64,000 bases of DNA, from NCBI GenBank assembly GCA_040005235.1, contig JBDTZG010000004.1, positions 32,001 through 96,000 of the forward strand. Direction: 5' to 3'. Below the pieces are notes generated by a model. It was not told where the DNA came from. It searched no databases and worked only from the letters and a program-made list of their open reading frames with translations. Positions 49,571-59,107 of this stretch are shown in pieces (position 1 is the stretch's first letter; each line of letters starts with the position of its first letter). Made by a program: the position numbers and the translations under genes. Origin of the DNA: Acidobacteriota bacterium (GTDB taxonomy: Bacteria; Acidobacteriota; Thermoanaerobaculia; Multivoradales; UBA5704).

Positions 49571-52051
49571 ATGCGAATAACTTCCGGCCCGGCTCTCGCC
49601 CTGGTTCTCGCTGTCGGTCTCTCCGCGTCCGCCCCGGCGGCGCCGCTCACCGTCTATGACGACGCTCTACGCAACGGCTTCGCCGATTGGGGTTGGGGCG
49701 TGCGGAACTTCGCCTCGCCGTCCCCCGTGCATGGCGGGACGGCGGCGATTTCGTTCGAGCCGGATGGGTGGACGGGGTTGTTCTTCCATCGGGATCTGGG
49801 GCTGGAGTTGGCGAATTACGAGGCGGTCGAGTTTTGGATCCGGGGCGGTGGTACCGGCGGACAGTTGATGACGTTCGCGGTGACCACCGGAGGCTCGCCT
49901 CTCGGCCAGGCGCATGCGCTGGGTGAGTTCCTCCCCGGCGGGATGTTGACCCCCTCTTGGACGTTCGTGCGGGTGCCGTTCGCTTCGCTCGGGGTCACCT
50001 CGGGGAGTCCCGACGGTTTCTGGTTCCAGGATGCGACGGGCGGAAATCAAGCTCCGATCTACGTCGACGATGTCCGGCTGGCCGAGCGGACCACTCCGCC
50101 GCCGCCGCCCGCGGCGATTTCGGTTTCGATCAACGTAGACGCGGACCGCCATCCGGTCTCGCCGCAGATCTTCGGCGTCTCGTTCGGCGACGATGCCCAG
50201 GCCGGCCGGCGGCATTGGCCGATCCGCCGCTGGGGCGGCAACGCGACCACCCGCTATTCGTGGCAGGACGACACGGCGAACCGCGCGTTCGACTATCTGT
50301 TCATGAACATTCCGGAGCCCAACGCGAACCCGGGCGCTCTTCCCAACGGCTCGGCCGCCGATCATTTTCTCGACGTGACCCGCGCGGCCGGGGGCGAGGC
50401 GATCTTGACTGTGCCGACGATCGGCTGGACGCCCAAGGACCGCGCGGTGCGCTGGGGATTTTCGGTCGCGAAATACGGCGCGCAGCAGCAGAACGAATGC
50501 ACGATCAACCCGTTCCAGGGCTGTAACGCCGATGCGGGCAACGGGGTCAAGCCGAATGGCACGAACGTCACCGGCAACGATCCGCACGACACCTCCCGCG
50601 AGGTCGGCCCTTCGTTCGTCACGGCGTGGATGGCGCACCTCGCCTCCCGCTACGGCACGGCGGCGCAAGGGGGAATTCGCCTGTTCGCGCTCGACAACGA
50701 GCCGGCGCTGTGGAATTCGAGCCACCGCGACGTCCACCCGAACCCGTTGACCTACGACGAGCTGTGGCAGAAGTCGCGCGACACGGCCGCCGCGATCAAG
50801 GCGCAGGATCCGAACGCCCAAGTGCTCGGCCCGGTCTCTTGGGGGTGGTGTGAGTTTTTCTATTCCGCCGCCGACGGCTGCTCGCCCGGGGCGGACATGC
50901 AGGCGCACGGCGGCCTGGCGCTCACCGACTGGTATTTGAAACAGGTGGCCGACTACCGCACCGCGACCGGCGTCCGCCTGGTCGATCAGCTCGACGTTCA
51001 CTACTACCCGCAAGGGGCGAACGTCGCCCTGTCGAACGACGAGTCGGCCGGGACTTCGGCGCTACGCCTACGCTCGCTACGCGGGCTTTACGATCCGGCT
51101 TACATCGACGAGAGCTGGATCGGCCAGCCGGTCAACCTGATTCCGCGGATGAAGGCTTGGATTGCGGGAAGGTTGCCGGGCACCAAACTGGCGCTCACCG
51201 AATGGAATTGGGGCAACGACGACGGGGTCTCAAGCGCCCTGGCCCACGCCGAGGCGCTGGCTATTTTCGGCCGCGAAGGGGTGGATCTAGCCGCCCGCTG
51301 GGTGGCCCCGGCGGAAGGGTCGCGGGTGGAGGATGCCTTCAAGCTCTACCTCGACTACGACGGCGCGGGATCGAAGGTGACGGGCGACAGCGTGCGGGCG
51401 ACGTCGTCGGAGATCGACGGAGTCGGCTCGTATGCCATCCGTTCGGCCGACGGCAAGCTGTTCCTCCTCCTGTTCAACAAGGACACGGTCCAAAGGCACG
51501 TGGATTCGGCGCTCGTCGCCGGCAGCTATATCGGCTCAGCGACGCTCTACCGGTTCGACGGCACGCGGCGTCTGGGGCTTCTGGGTACGGCGACCCCGAG
51601 CGGCGGCGCGCTCTCGCTCGATCTGCCCGCCCGGTCCGCCACGCTCGCGGTCCTGCGCCTCGCGGGCGGAGCGCCTGCGCCGGGCTTCTTCACCGTCTCG
51701 CCCTGCCGGGTGATCGACACCCGAAACCCGACCGGCGCCTACGGTGGCCCGGCGCTCGGGCCGGGCGATCGGGCGTTCGTGATCGCCGGCCGGTGCGGCG
51801 TTCCGGCGGGGGCGAAAGCCGTGGCGCTCAACCTCTCGGTGACCCTCCCCTCCGGCGCGGGCGGGTTGCGCCTTCTGCCGACCGGGATTCCCGTTCCGGG
51901 CACCACGGCGATCAACTTCTCCGCCGGCCAGACGCGCACCAACAATGCGATCCTGGGGCTCGACGCGAACGGTAGCCTGACGGTCCACACCGATCTTTCA
52001 GCGGGCGCAACGGTGCAGATGATTCTGGACGTGAACGGATACCTCCAGTAG
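49571..52051 (+). CDS. Glycoside hydrolase family 44 with N-terminal CBM-like and C-terminal PCRxxDTR domains
   Basis: RWGGNATTRY.W, LDNEP.LW..HRDVH, DVHYYPQ, TEWNWG. Confidence 0.85.
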   Translation: MRITSGPALALVLAVGLSASAPAAPLTVYDDALRNGFADWGWGVRNFASPSPVHGGTAAISFEPDGWTGLFFHRDLGLELANYEAVEFWIRGGGTGGQLMTFAVTTGGSPLGQAHALGEFLPGGMLTPSWTFVRVPFASLGVTSGSPDGFWFQDATGGNQAPIYVDDVRLAERTTPPPPPAAISVSINVDADRHPVSPQIFGVSFGDDAQAGRRHWPIRRWGGNATTRYSWQDDTANRAFDYLFMNIPEPNANPGALPNGSAADHFLDVTRAAGGEAILTVPTIGWTPKDRAVRWGFSVAKYGAQQQNECTINPFQGCNADAGNGVKPNGTNVTGNDPHDTSREVGPSFVTAWMAHLASRYGTAAQGGIRLFALDNEPALWNSSHRDVHPNPLTYDELWQKSRDTAAAIKAQDPNAQVLGPVSWGWCEFFYSAADGCSPGADMQAHGGLALTDWYLKQVADYRTATGVRLVDQLDVHYYPQGANVALSNDESAGTSALRLRSLRGLYDPAYIDESWIGQPVNLIPRMKAWIAGRLPGTKLALTEWNWGNDDGVSSALAHAEALAIFGREGVDLAARWVAPAEGSRVEDAFKLYLDYDGAGSKVTGDSVRATSSEIDGVGSYAIRSADGKLFLLLFNKDTVQRHVDSALVAGSYIGSATLYRFDGTRRLGLLGTATPSGGALSLDLPARSATLAVLRLAGGAPAPGFFTVSPCRVIDTRNPTGAYGGPALGPGDRAFVIAGRCGVPAGAKAVALNLSVTLPSGAGGLRLLPTGIPVPGTTAINFSAGQTRTNNAILGLDANGSLTVHTDLSAGATVQMILDVNGYLQ

Positions 52052-52150
52052 GGCTGGGTTTCTCCGTCCCGCGTCGTCGCTTTGATCCGCCCACGGCGGC
52101 CGTTTCGGCCGTAGAATCGGGGCCTTCCCCCTGATTCGAACGAGCCGCCG

Positions 52151-54418
52151 ATGAACGAGCCTCTGAACGAGCCTTTGGATGCCACCCTGGCCGAGACGCC
52201 CTCGGCGAAGCACCTTGCCAAGAATTTTACCGAAAGCGAGTCGCGCCGGATCGACCGCTACCAGTTGGGCGAGCTGCTCGGGGAAGGTGGGATGGGAGTG
52301 GTCTACGCCGCCGAGCAGATGGAGCCGGTGCGTCGTTCTGTCGCGCTCAAAGTAATTCGCGCGATCGGCCGGGCGAGCGAACGGATCGTCGCGCGCTTCG
52401 AGCTGGAGCGGCAGGTGCTGGCGCTGCTCGAACACCCGAACATCGCGCGCCTCTACGATGCGGGCGTCACCTCCGAGGGCGATCCTTATTTCGTCATGGA
52501 ATACGTGGACGGTTTGCCGATCACCAAGCACGCGGATCGGGAAAAGCTTCTGGTGCGCGCCCGGATCGAGCTGTTTTTAGACGTCTGCCGCGCGATCGAG
52601 CATGCCCACCAAAAGGGCATCCTCCATCGCGACTTGAAGCCGTCGAACGTCCTCGTCGCGAACGCTCCGGAGGGTGATCCCTTCGGCCGCCCGGTGCCGA
52701 AGGTGATCGATTTCGGCATCGCCAAGGCGATCGAGGGGGACCTGGCGAGCGAGAGAGCGCCCACCCAGCTCGGCTTCCAGGTCGGCACGATCGCTTTTGC
52801 GAGTCCCGAACAGCTCGATCCGCAGGCCGCGCGGATCGCCGACACCCGGTCCGACGTCTATGGGCTAGGTCTGCTGCTCTATTTGTTGCTCGTGGGGGAA
52901 CCCCCGTTTTTCGGGCGGAACGCGACCTCGCTGATCGAGCAGGTCTTGAATGCCGAGCCCGAATCGCTCGCCCGGCGTTTCGCGACCGCGGAATCGAGCG
53001 CTGAGATCGCCAGCTCGCGAGGAACCGATGCGGCGACCCTTGCGCGCGAGCTGTCGGGTGATCTCGAATGGATCGTCCGCCGGACACTCGAAAAGCGGCC
53101 GGCCGATCGTTACCCCTCAGTCGCCGAGCTGCGCGCCGATCTGGAACGCTACCTCGACGATCGGCCGGTCCACGCGAGCCCGCCGAACCTGGCGGTCCGG
53201 GTAAAAAAGTTCGTCCGCCGCAACCGGCTCAGAGTCGCGGCCTCCGCTCTGATCGCGCTGTCGCTGATCGCGGGCGTGGTCGCCACCTCGATTGCCCTGG
53301 TCCGCTCCCGCCGCGCCGAGGCGCGCGCCGCGAGCGAGGCCGAGAAAGCCACGGCGATCAACCAGTTCTTGACCGCCATGCTCGCTTCCGCCTCGCCGCT
53401 CGAAAGCGGGCGCCAGGTCAAGGTTGTCGATGTCCTCGACCGCGCGTCGGCTGAGCTGCCGAAGAAGTTCCACGATCGACCGGAGGTGGAAGCGGCGCTC
53501 CATTCCACCCTCGGCTCGACTTACGACGGCCTCGGGCTTGCCGATCCGGCGCGGGCGGAGCTTGCCCGCGCGCTCGACATCCAGCGCCGCCTGCTCGGCC
53601 TCGACGACCCCGAAACGCTCGAAGCGCAAACCGGTTACGCGACGGCGCTGATCGGCGCAGGACAGCTCCAAGAGGCGCTCGCCCTCGCGGAAAAGACCGT
53701 GGCGGCGCAAAGCCGCATCCTTTCGCCCGACGACCCGAAACTGCTCGATTCGCGGATCGTCCAGGCCCAGATCCTCCACGAGCTGTCCCGCTCGGACGAG
53801 GCGCTGCCGATCGGCCGCGACGTCGTGGCGCGCCTGGAGCGGACGCGCGGAGGGGACGACAGGATGGCGCTCTCGGCCGCGGCGCAGCTCGCCCAGTTTC
53901 TCGATCACACGGGCCATCTGGCGGAAGCCGAGGCGCTCCACCGCGACCTGCTGGTGCGGATGGCGCGGGTCAAGGGACCCGACTATCCGGAGACCCTGGC
54001 GATCCTCAACAACCTCGGAAACGTATTGACCAATGAAGAGAAATTCGCCGAGGCCGAGGCTCTCTACCGCGATCTTGGCGCGCGCCAACTCCGGATCTTC
54101 GGGCCGGAGCATCCTGAGACCCTGACCACCCGCCACAACCTGGTCCGGGCGCTGACGGGAGAGGGCAAGCTCACGGAGGCCGAGGACCTCTGCCGTGCGA
54201 CTCTCGCCATCCGCAACAAGACGCTCGGCCCCGACCATCCCCACACCATCTATTCTCTCGGCGACCTCGGCAACATCCTGGTCAAGGAAGGCAAGTTCGC
54301 CGAGGCGCTGAAAGTCCTGCCCGACGCTCTCGCCCGGGCGGAGAGGGTGCTCGGCCCCGATCACAACACGACCAAGCGGGCGCGAGAAAACCTGATCGAA
54401 GCGCGGGCGGGCGTTTGA
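52151..54418 (+). CDS. Ser/Thr protein kinase with TM and TPR repeats
   Basis: GEGGMG, VALK, HRDLKPSN, DFG, SPE; GPDHP-type TPR repeats. Confidence 0.93.
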   Translation: MNEPLNEPLDATLAETPSAKHLAKNFTESESRRIDRYQLGELLGEGGMGVVYAAEQMEPVRRSVALKVIRAIGRASERIVARFELERQVLALLEHPNIARLYDAGVTSEGDPYFVMEYVDGLPITKHADREKLLVRARIELFLDVCRAIEHAHQKGILHRDLKPSNVLVANAPEGDPFGRPVPKVIDFGIAKAIEGDLASERAPTQLGFQVGTIAFASPEQLDPQAARIADTRSDVYGLGLLLYLLLVGEPPFFGRNATSLIEQVLNAEPESLARRFATAESSAEIASSRGTDAATLARELSGDLEWIVRRTLEKRPADRYPSVAELRADLERYLDDRPVHASPPNLAVRVKKFVRRNRLRVAASALIALSLIAGVVATSIALVRSRRAEARAASEAEKATAINQFLTAMLASASPLESGRQVKVVDVLDRASAELPKKFHDRPEVEAALHSTLGSTYDGLGLADPARAELARALDIQRRLLGLDDPETLEAQTGYATALIGAGQLQEALALAEKTVAAQSRILSPDDPKLLDSRIVQAQILHELSRSDEALPIGRDVVARLERTRGGDDRMALSAAAQLAQFLDHTGHLAEAEALHRDLLVRMARVKGPDYPETLAILNNLGNVLTNEEKFAEAEALYRDLGARQLRIFGPEHPETLTTRHNLVRALTGEGKLTEAEDLCRATLAIRNKTLGPDHPHTIYSLGDLGNILVKEGKFAEALKVLPDALARAERVLGPDHNTTKRARENLIEARAGV

Positions 54419-54466
54419 CGAAAATCGCTATCTTGCTCGTATGATCTCCGCCGGGAGGAAACGTCG

Positions 54467-56368
54467 ATGAGAGCACCGTTCGCCGCGCCCGTCCTTGCAG
54501 GAACCCTTTGTCTCGCGCTCGTTGGAACTGCCCGGCCGCTCGCCGCGGCGGGCGAGATCACGCTCAAGGTCGATGCCCGGGAGGCGCCGGGCAAGCTGAT
54601 CCACGCGAAGCTCTCGATTCCGGTAAAGCCCGGGCCTCTCACCTTCGTCTATCCCAAGTGGCTGCCCGGAGAGCACGGGCCGACCGGCCCCATCACCGAC
54701 CTCGTGGGGCTCGAATTCTCCTCCGGCGGCAAGACCCTCGTCTGGTCGCGCGACGGGGTCGACATGTACGCTTTCCATCTCGACGTGCCGGCGGGAGTCG
54801 CATCGGTCGACGTGGCGCTCGATTTCCTTTCGCCCACTTCGGAGTCCGGCTTCACCTCCGCGGCCTCGGCGACGCCGCATCTTTTCCTGCTCACCTGGAA
54901 CCAGCTACTGCTCTATCCGCTTGGGCCAAAGAGCGACGACCTGATCTTCCACGCGAGCCTCTTAACCCCCGCCGGATGGAAGTTCGGCACGTCGCTTTCC
55001 GGCACGCCGGGCGCCGATGGATGGACCGATTTCGCACCGGTCTCGCTCACCGCGCTGGTCGATTCGCCGGTCTTGATGGGCGAGTATTTCCGCGCCGTGC
55101 CGCTCGATCGGTCGAGCCGGCCGGTCGAGATCGACCTCGCGGCGGACAGCGCCGCGGCGCTCGAAATCAGTCCGGAGCTCGAAAAGAAACTCGAACGGCT
55201 GGTGGTCGAAGCCGACGCCCTGTTCGGCGCCCGCCATTTCGACAACTACCATTTCCTCCTCACTCTCTCCGACCACGTCGCGCATTTCGGGCTGGAGCAT
55301 CACCAATCGAACGACTCGCGCATCTCCGAGCGCGCGCTGATCGACGAGACGCTCGGCAATCTTTCGCTCGGCGTTCTGCCACACGAATTCGTCCACTCCT
55401 GGAACGGCAAATACCGCCGCCCGACGGGCCTCGCGACACCCGACTTCCAAGTGCCGATGCAGGGCGAGCTGCTTTGGGTCTACGAAGGGCTCACCGAGTA
55501 CCTGGGCAACCTGCTCGCGGCCCGAAGCGGCCTCTGGACTCCCGAGCATTACCAGGAAGAAATGGCGCAGATCGCCGCGACCTACGACCACCGGCCGGGC
55601 CGCGCCTGGCGGCCGCTGATCGACACGACGGTCGCCGCCCAACTGCTCTACGGCTCGCCGCGCGAATGGGGATCTTACCGGCGCGGTGTCGATTTCTACG
55701 ACGAGGGTTGGCTGCTCTGGCTGGAAGTCGACACGCTGATTCGCGAGAAGACTCACGGCGCCCGAACGCTCGACGATTTCTGCCACCTCTTCCACGGCGG
55801 AACGAGCGGTTCGCCGAAGGTCGTGACCTACACCTTTGAGGACGTGATCTCGACCCTGAACGCAGTCGCTCCCTACGACTGGCGCGGCTTCTGGCAGGAG
55901 CGCCTACGCACCCCGAGAGCCCCGACACCGCTCGAAGGCATCGAGCGCGGCGGCTGGAATCTTGCCTACACCGAAAAGGACAACGCGATCCTCGCGGACC
56001 AGGCGAAAGGAGAGCGCAAATCGATCGAAGCCGCCTTCTCCCTCGGCCTATGGCTCAACGACGAAGGCGAAGTTCGCGACGCGATCCGCGGCCTCCCCGC
56101 CTACCAGGCCGGCGTCCGCCCGGGCATGAAGCTGATCGCGATCAATTCCCGTAAGTGGAGCCCCGACCTCCTCCACGACGGCCTAGCCGCCACCAAGACC
56201 GCCACCGGTCCGCTCGATCTACTGGTCGAAGACGGCGAGATGTACCGCACCTATTCGATCGACTACCACGGCGGCCTTCGCGAGCCGCACCTCGTGCGGG
56301 CCGAGGGCAAGGACGACGTGTTGTCGAAGATCATTGCGCCGCGAGGGGCGGAGGCTCCTGCCAAATAG
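54467..56368 (+). CDS. M61 glycyl aminopeptidase with PDZ domain
   Basis: PKWLPG, GLEH, HEFVHSWN, LLWVYEG.TEY. Confidence 0.92.
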   Translation: MRAPFAAPVLAGTLCLALVGTARPLAAAGEITLKVDAREAPGKLIHAKLSIPVKPGPLTFVYPKWLPGEHGPTGPITDLVGLEFSSGGKTLVWSRDGVDMYAFHLDVPAGVASVDVALDFLSPTSESGFTSAASATPHLFLLTWNQLLLYPLGPKSDDLIFHASLLTPAGWKFGTSLSGTPGADGWTDFAPVSLTALVDSPVLMGEYFRAVPLDRSSRPVEIDLAADSAAALEISPELEKKLERLVVEADALFGARHFDNYHFLLTLSDHVAHFGLEHHQSNDSRISERALIDETLGNLSLGVLPHEFVHSWNGKYRRPTGLATPDFQVPMQGELLWVYEGLTEYLGNLLAARSGLWTPEHYQEEMAQIAATYDHRPGRAWRPLIDTTVAAQLLYGSPREWGSYRRGVDFYDEGWLLWLEVDTLIREKTHGARTLDDFCHLFHGGTSGSPKVVTYTFEDVISTLNAVAPYDWRGFWQERLRTPRAPTPLEGIERGGWNLAYTEKDNAILADQAKGERKSIEAAFSLGLWLNDEGEVRDAIRGLPAYQAGVRPGMKLIAINSRKWSPDLLHDGLAATKTATGPLDLLVEDGEMYRTYSIDYHGGLREPHLVRAEGKDDVLSKIIAPRGAEAPAK

Positions 56369-56375
56369 TAGAGGG

Positions 56376-56444
56376 GTAGGGGCGGAGCTTGTCTCCGCCC
56401 GGAGGTCTGCGCAAATCGTGGGCGGAGGCAAGCTCCGCCCCTAC
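56376..56444. repeat. GTAG-family REP doublet
   Basis: GTAGGGGCGGAGCTTGTCTCCGCCC ... GGGCGGAGGCAAGCTCCGCCCCTAC. Confidence 0.85.
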
Positions 56445-56575
56445 GACCGCGAGCCTTGTTTCACCGCGAGCCCCGTACCAGATCTCGATCTCGTAGCTAT
56501 CAGGTCCGCGACATAGGCGAACGGAAAGCCCGGAGCCGCGAGCTTCGTCGCTGATGGCGGGCACGGTCTGATTCC

Positions 56576-56923
56576 CTACGGAGCGTCCGAGCTCGGCTTG
56601 AAGCCGCAATAGAGACAGGCGGTTCTCCCCTTATCGAACGGGTGATTGCAAGAGGGGCAGGTCCCGGACGCCGAGACCGCGCTCAGACTCAGAGTCTGCT
56701 CGATGGCACCTTTGACTTCCTCGGGCGAGATCCCCAGCTTTTCGACCATCAAATCGCAGAGAGCTTGGCAGGTCGCTGCCAGGTTGCCCACCCGAAACTG
56801 GAGATCTCGGATTCGCTGCTGCGCCCCCTGGAGGCCCGAATCCGCGGCTGCGAGCTGACGATCCTGCTTGCGGTTGATGTCGCGCTGGTCAGAGAGGTTC
56901 CAGATGCTGTGGAGCATGTCCAT
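56576..56923 (-). CDS. Hypothetical coiled-coil protein with C-terminal zinc ribbon
   Basis: CPSC...CLYC at the C-terminus. Confidence 0.7.
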   Translation of the reverse strand: MDMLHSIWNLSDQRDINRKQDRQLAAADSGLQGAQQRIRDLQFRVGNLAATCQALCDLMVEKLGISPEEVKGAIEQTLSLSAVSASGTCPSCNHPFDKGRTACLYCGFKPSSDAP

Positions 56924-56980
56924 GGAAGCCCTTTCTTGGTTCGTGTCTTTGCCACTGGGATCGCCCGGCCGATCGCCGCC

Positions 56981-57077
56981 TCAGCGAAAATATCGGTAGT
57001 GCCCGATCACCTTCCAAGAGAATAGAACATCCTCCAGCCGCGCGCCCTGGCCGATGTTGTGGACCATCCAGCGCTGC
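56981..57077 (-). pseudogene. Duplicate of the DUF1287 gene 3' end
   Basis: Aligns with 57731-57827 at an offset of 750; encodes WMVHNIGQGARLEDVLFSWKVIGHYRYFR*. Confidence 0.85.
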
Positions 57078-57200
57078 CGAGGAACCTTTACACTGACCCG
57101 GCGCACGGGCAGAACCAGATCTCGATCGAAGGGGATGTAGGTGGCGGTCAAGAATCGCCGGGCGCCGATCCGCGTTTGCGGAGCACGCGGGACCCGCGGT

Positions 57201-57320
57201 CTATTCGATCAACTACCACGGCAGTCCTCCGCGAGTTCCCACCTCGTAAGGGCTGAAGGGAAGGACGACCTGCAATCGAAGATCATCGCGCCACGGGGGG
57301 CGGGGGTCGCCGGGCCCTAG
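57201..57320 (+). pseudogene. Diverged duplicate of the M61 peptidase gene 3' end
   Basis: YSINYHG..HLVRAEGKDDLQSKIIAPRG versus YSIDYHGGLREPHLVRAEGKDDVLSKIIAPRG. Confidence 0.8.
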
Positions 57321-57360
57321 GCAGGTGGGGGGACGTGCGCTTTAGCCGCCCGCCCGCCGA

Positions 57361-57711
57361 TCAGCATCCGTGCAAACCCATCGACGAGATGAGAAAGTAA
57401 TCGGCAACGACAAGGGTGGCCGGAAGGCACCAGGAAACCACCAGGTTCCGCACCAAAGTACCTGGGTAGCGACGCCTCCATCGAATGGCCCAAACCGAAC
57501 CCCCAATCGCCAGGCCTGCGTTAAGCGCTGGTCCAAGCGCCACAGAAATCACAAGGGCAAACCAACTCCTGTCATACCAGGCCACGCCGAGGGCCAGTAG
57601 GTTCAATCCGATGACCGCGCCACCGAAAAGCAAAAAGAACCGCGGCAGGTTACCTGGAGTTCTTTCGGTGTCCGGCAGGAGAGGCCCTTCGAGTGGTGTA
57701 TCAATTTGCAC
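57361..57711 (-). CDS. Small membrane protein
   Basis: Three hydrophobic segments; ends GLHGC. Confidence 0.6.
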   Translation of the reverse strand: MQIDTPLEGPLLPDTERTPGNLPRFFLLFGGAVIGLNLLALGVAWYDRSWFALVISVALGPALNAGLAIGGSVWAIRWRRRYPGTLVRNLVVSWCLPATLVVADYFLISSMGLHGC

Positions 57712-57730
57712 GATCTGATTCGATCTCGCC

Positions 57731-58327
57731 TCACCGAAAATACCGGTAGTGGCCGATCACCTTCCAGGAGAATAGAACATCCTCCAGCCGAGCGCCCCGT
57801 CCGATGTTGTGGACCATCCAGTGCCGCCCGCTCCTTCTGTCGTTCTCGTCGCTCACGACCCCGATGTGGGTAATGCCTCCGCCCAAATCCCACGCGACGA
57901 CATCGCCCGGCAGGTAGTCGCCGGCCTGCGCGGTGATCGGCAGCTCCTTGCCCGCCCGGCGGAAGAACGTCATCAGATTCGGCACTCGCCGATGGTCGAT
58001 ATTGGTATCGGGTCGTTTCAAGCCCCACCGCTGCGGATATGCCTTGAACTTCCGCGCCATGTCCTCGTGAACGTCCTTCTGGAGATCCACCCCGGCCTTT
58101 CGGAACGCCCGGATCACCACATCGGCGCACACCCCGGTCTCCGGCTTTACGTCGCCGTCGGGATAGCCGATCCGAACGTAGGAGGGATCGTAGCTGGTCG
58201 TCAGGTGCGTCTGGGCTCTGGCGGAGTCGACGACGGTCCGAACGGCAGGGGAGAGTAGCGCGGCCTGCGCAAATCCACTGGCGGTTGCCAGGGCGAACCA
58301 AAACAGGGCTAGAAGTCTCCTCGGCAT
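57731..58327 (-). CDS. DUF1287 (YijF-like) secreted protein
   Basis: YDPSY..IGYP.GDV...GVCADV.IRA, DTNIDHRRVPNL, HIG, HNIG. Confidence 0.9.
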   Translation of the reverse strand: MPRRLLALFWFALATASGFAQAALLSPAVRTVVDSARAQTHLTTSYDPSYVRIGYPDGDVKPETGVCADVVIRAFRKAGVDLQKDVHEDMARKFKAYPQRWGLKRPDTNIDHRRVPNLMTFFRRAGKELPITAQAGDYLPGDVVAWDLGGGITHIGVVSDENDRRSGRHWMVHNIGRGARLEDVLFSWKVIGHYRYFR

Positions 58328-58460
58328 CGGCGTCCTTGGACGCGTTTCTATCGGAAAGCGCCACCCCTGTCGAACCCGACCCTTTGGAGTGCGCCGACGC
58401 GTCGGCGCTTTGATCGCGGCGACGTGTCGCCGCAACGCTGCCCTCTCGAAACCGACCACC

Positions 58461-58823
58461 GAATTCGATTTCCTGAGTGCCGCGACCCCTTTTCCGGCCC
58501 AGAAATTCGATTTCGGGACTGCGCAACGACCTTTCGGACTGCGAATTCGATTTTCGCGGTCCCGAATTCGATTTCCCGGCTCGCAAAACCCCTCGGCTGA
58601 CTCGGCGGAGGGTTTTCTGACTGCCGAATTCGATTTTCTGGATCAGAAACCCGCTTCCGGTCCGCGAATTCGATTTCGTGACTCCCGAAACCCCTCGGCT
58701 CACCCAGAAAATCGAATTCCTTACTGCGAAAATCGCTCGCGCCGATCACGCGATCCCGCGTCGCGGTCAGAAAAACGCTTAGTGAACGGCGAAACGCCTC
58801 GGCGGACTCACAAAATCGAATTC
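58461..58823. repeat. Phased GAATTCGATT motif array
   Basis: Forward copies at 58461, 58503, 58543, 58564, 58626 and 58666; reverse copies at ~58710 and ~58814. Confidence 0.65.
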
Positions 58824-59107
58824 CTCACCGACGAAAACGGTCGCGCCGGTCGCACGACTCCCCGTTGAGCCCGCAAAAGCGGCTGATGACCGGCGACACC
58901 CCTCGGCTGGCCCAGAAAAACGTTCGGCTGACCGAGACTCTCGGGCATTCCCGCCGCGGATTTTCGCTCTCGGCGGATCTAAAGTTAGACCGCCGACTGC
59001 CCTGCCTGACCGAGGGAAGGTGTCGGTCCGACGGAAATCGGCCCCTTGCGGCCGTCTTAGATCTACTACAACATCGGAGCGAAGCGCGTTGTAGTGCAGG
59101 AGGCGAA

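Noticed and set aside
58461-58823. Possible CRISPR array
   Set aside because: The repeat core is only ~10 bp, spacing is irregular (21-62 bp), orientation flips, and no cas genes are present.
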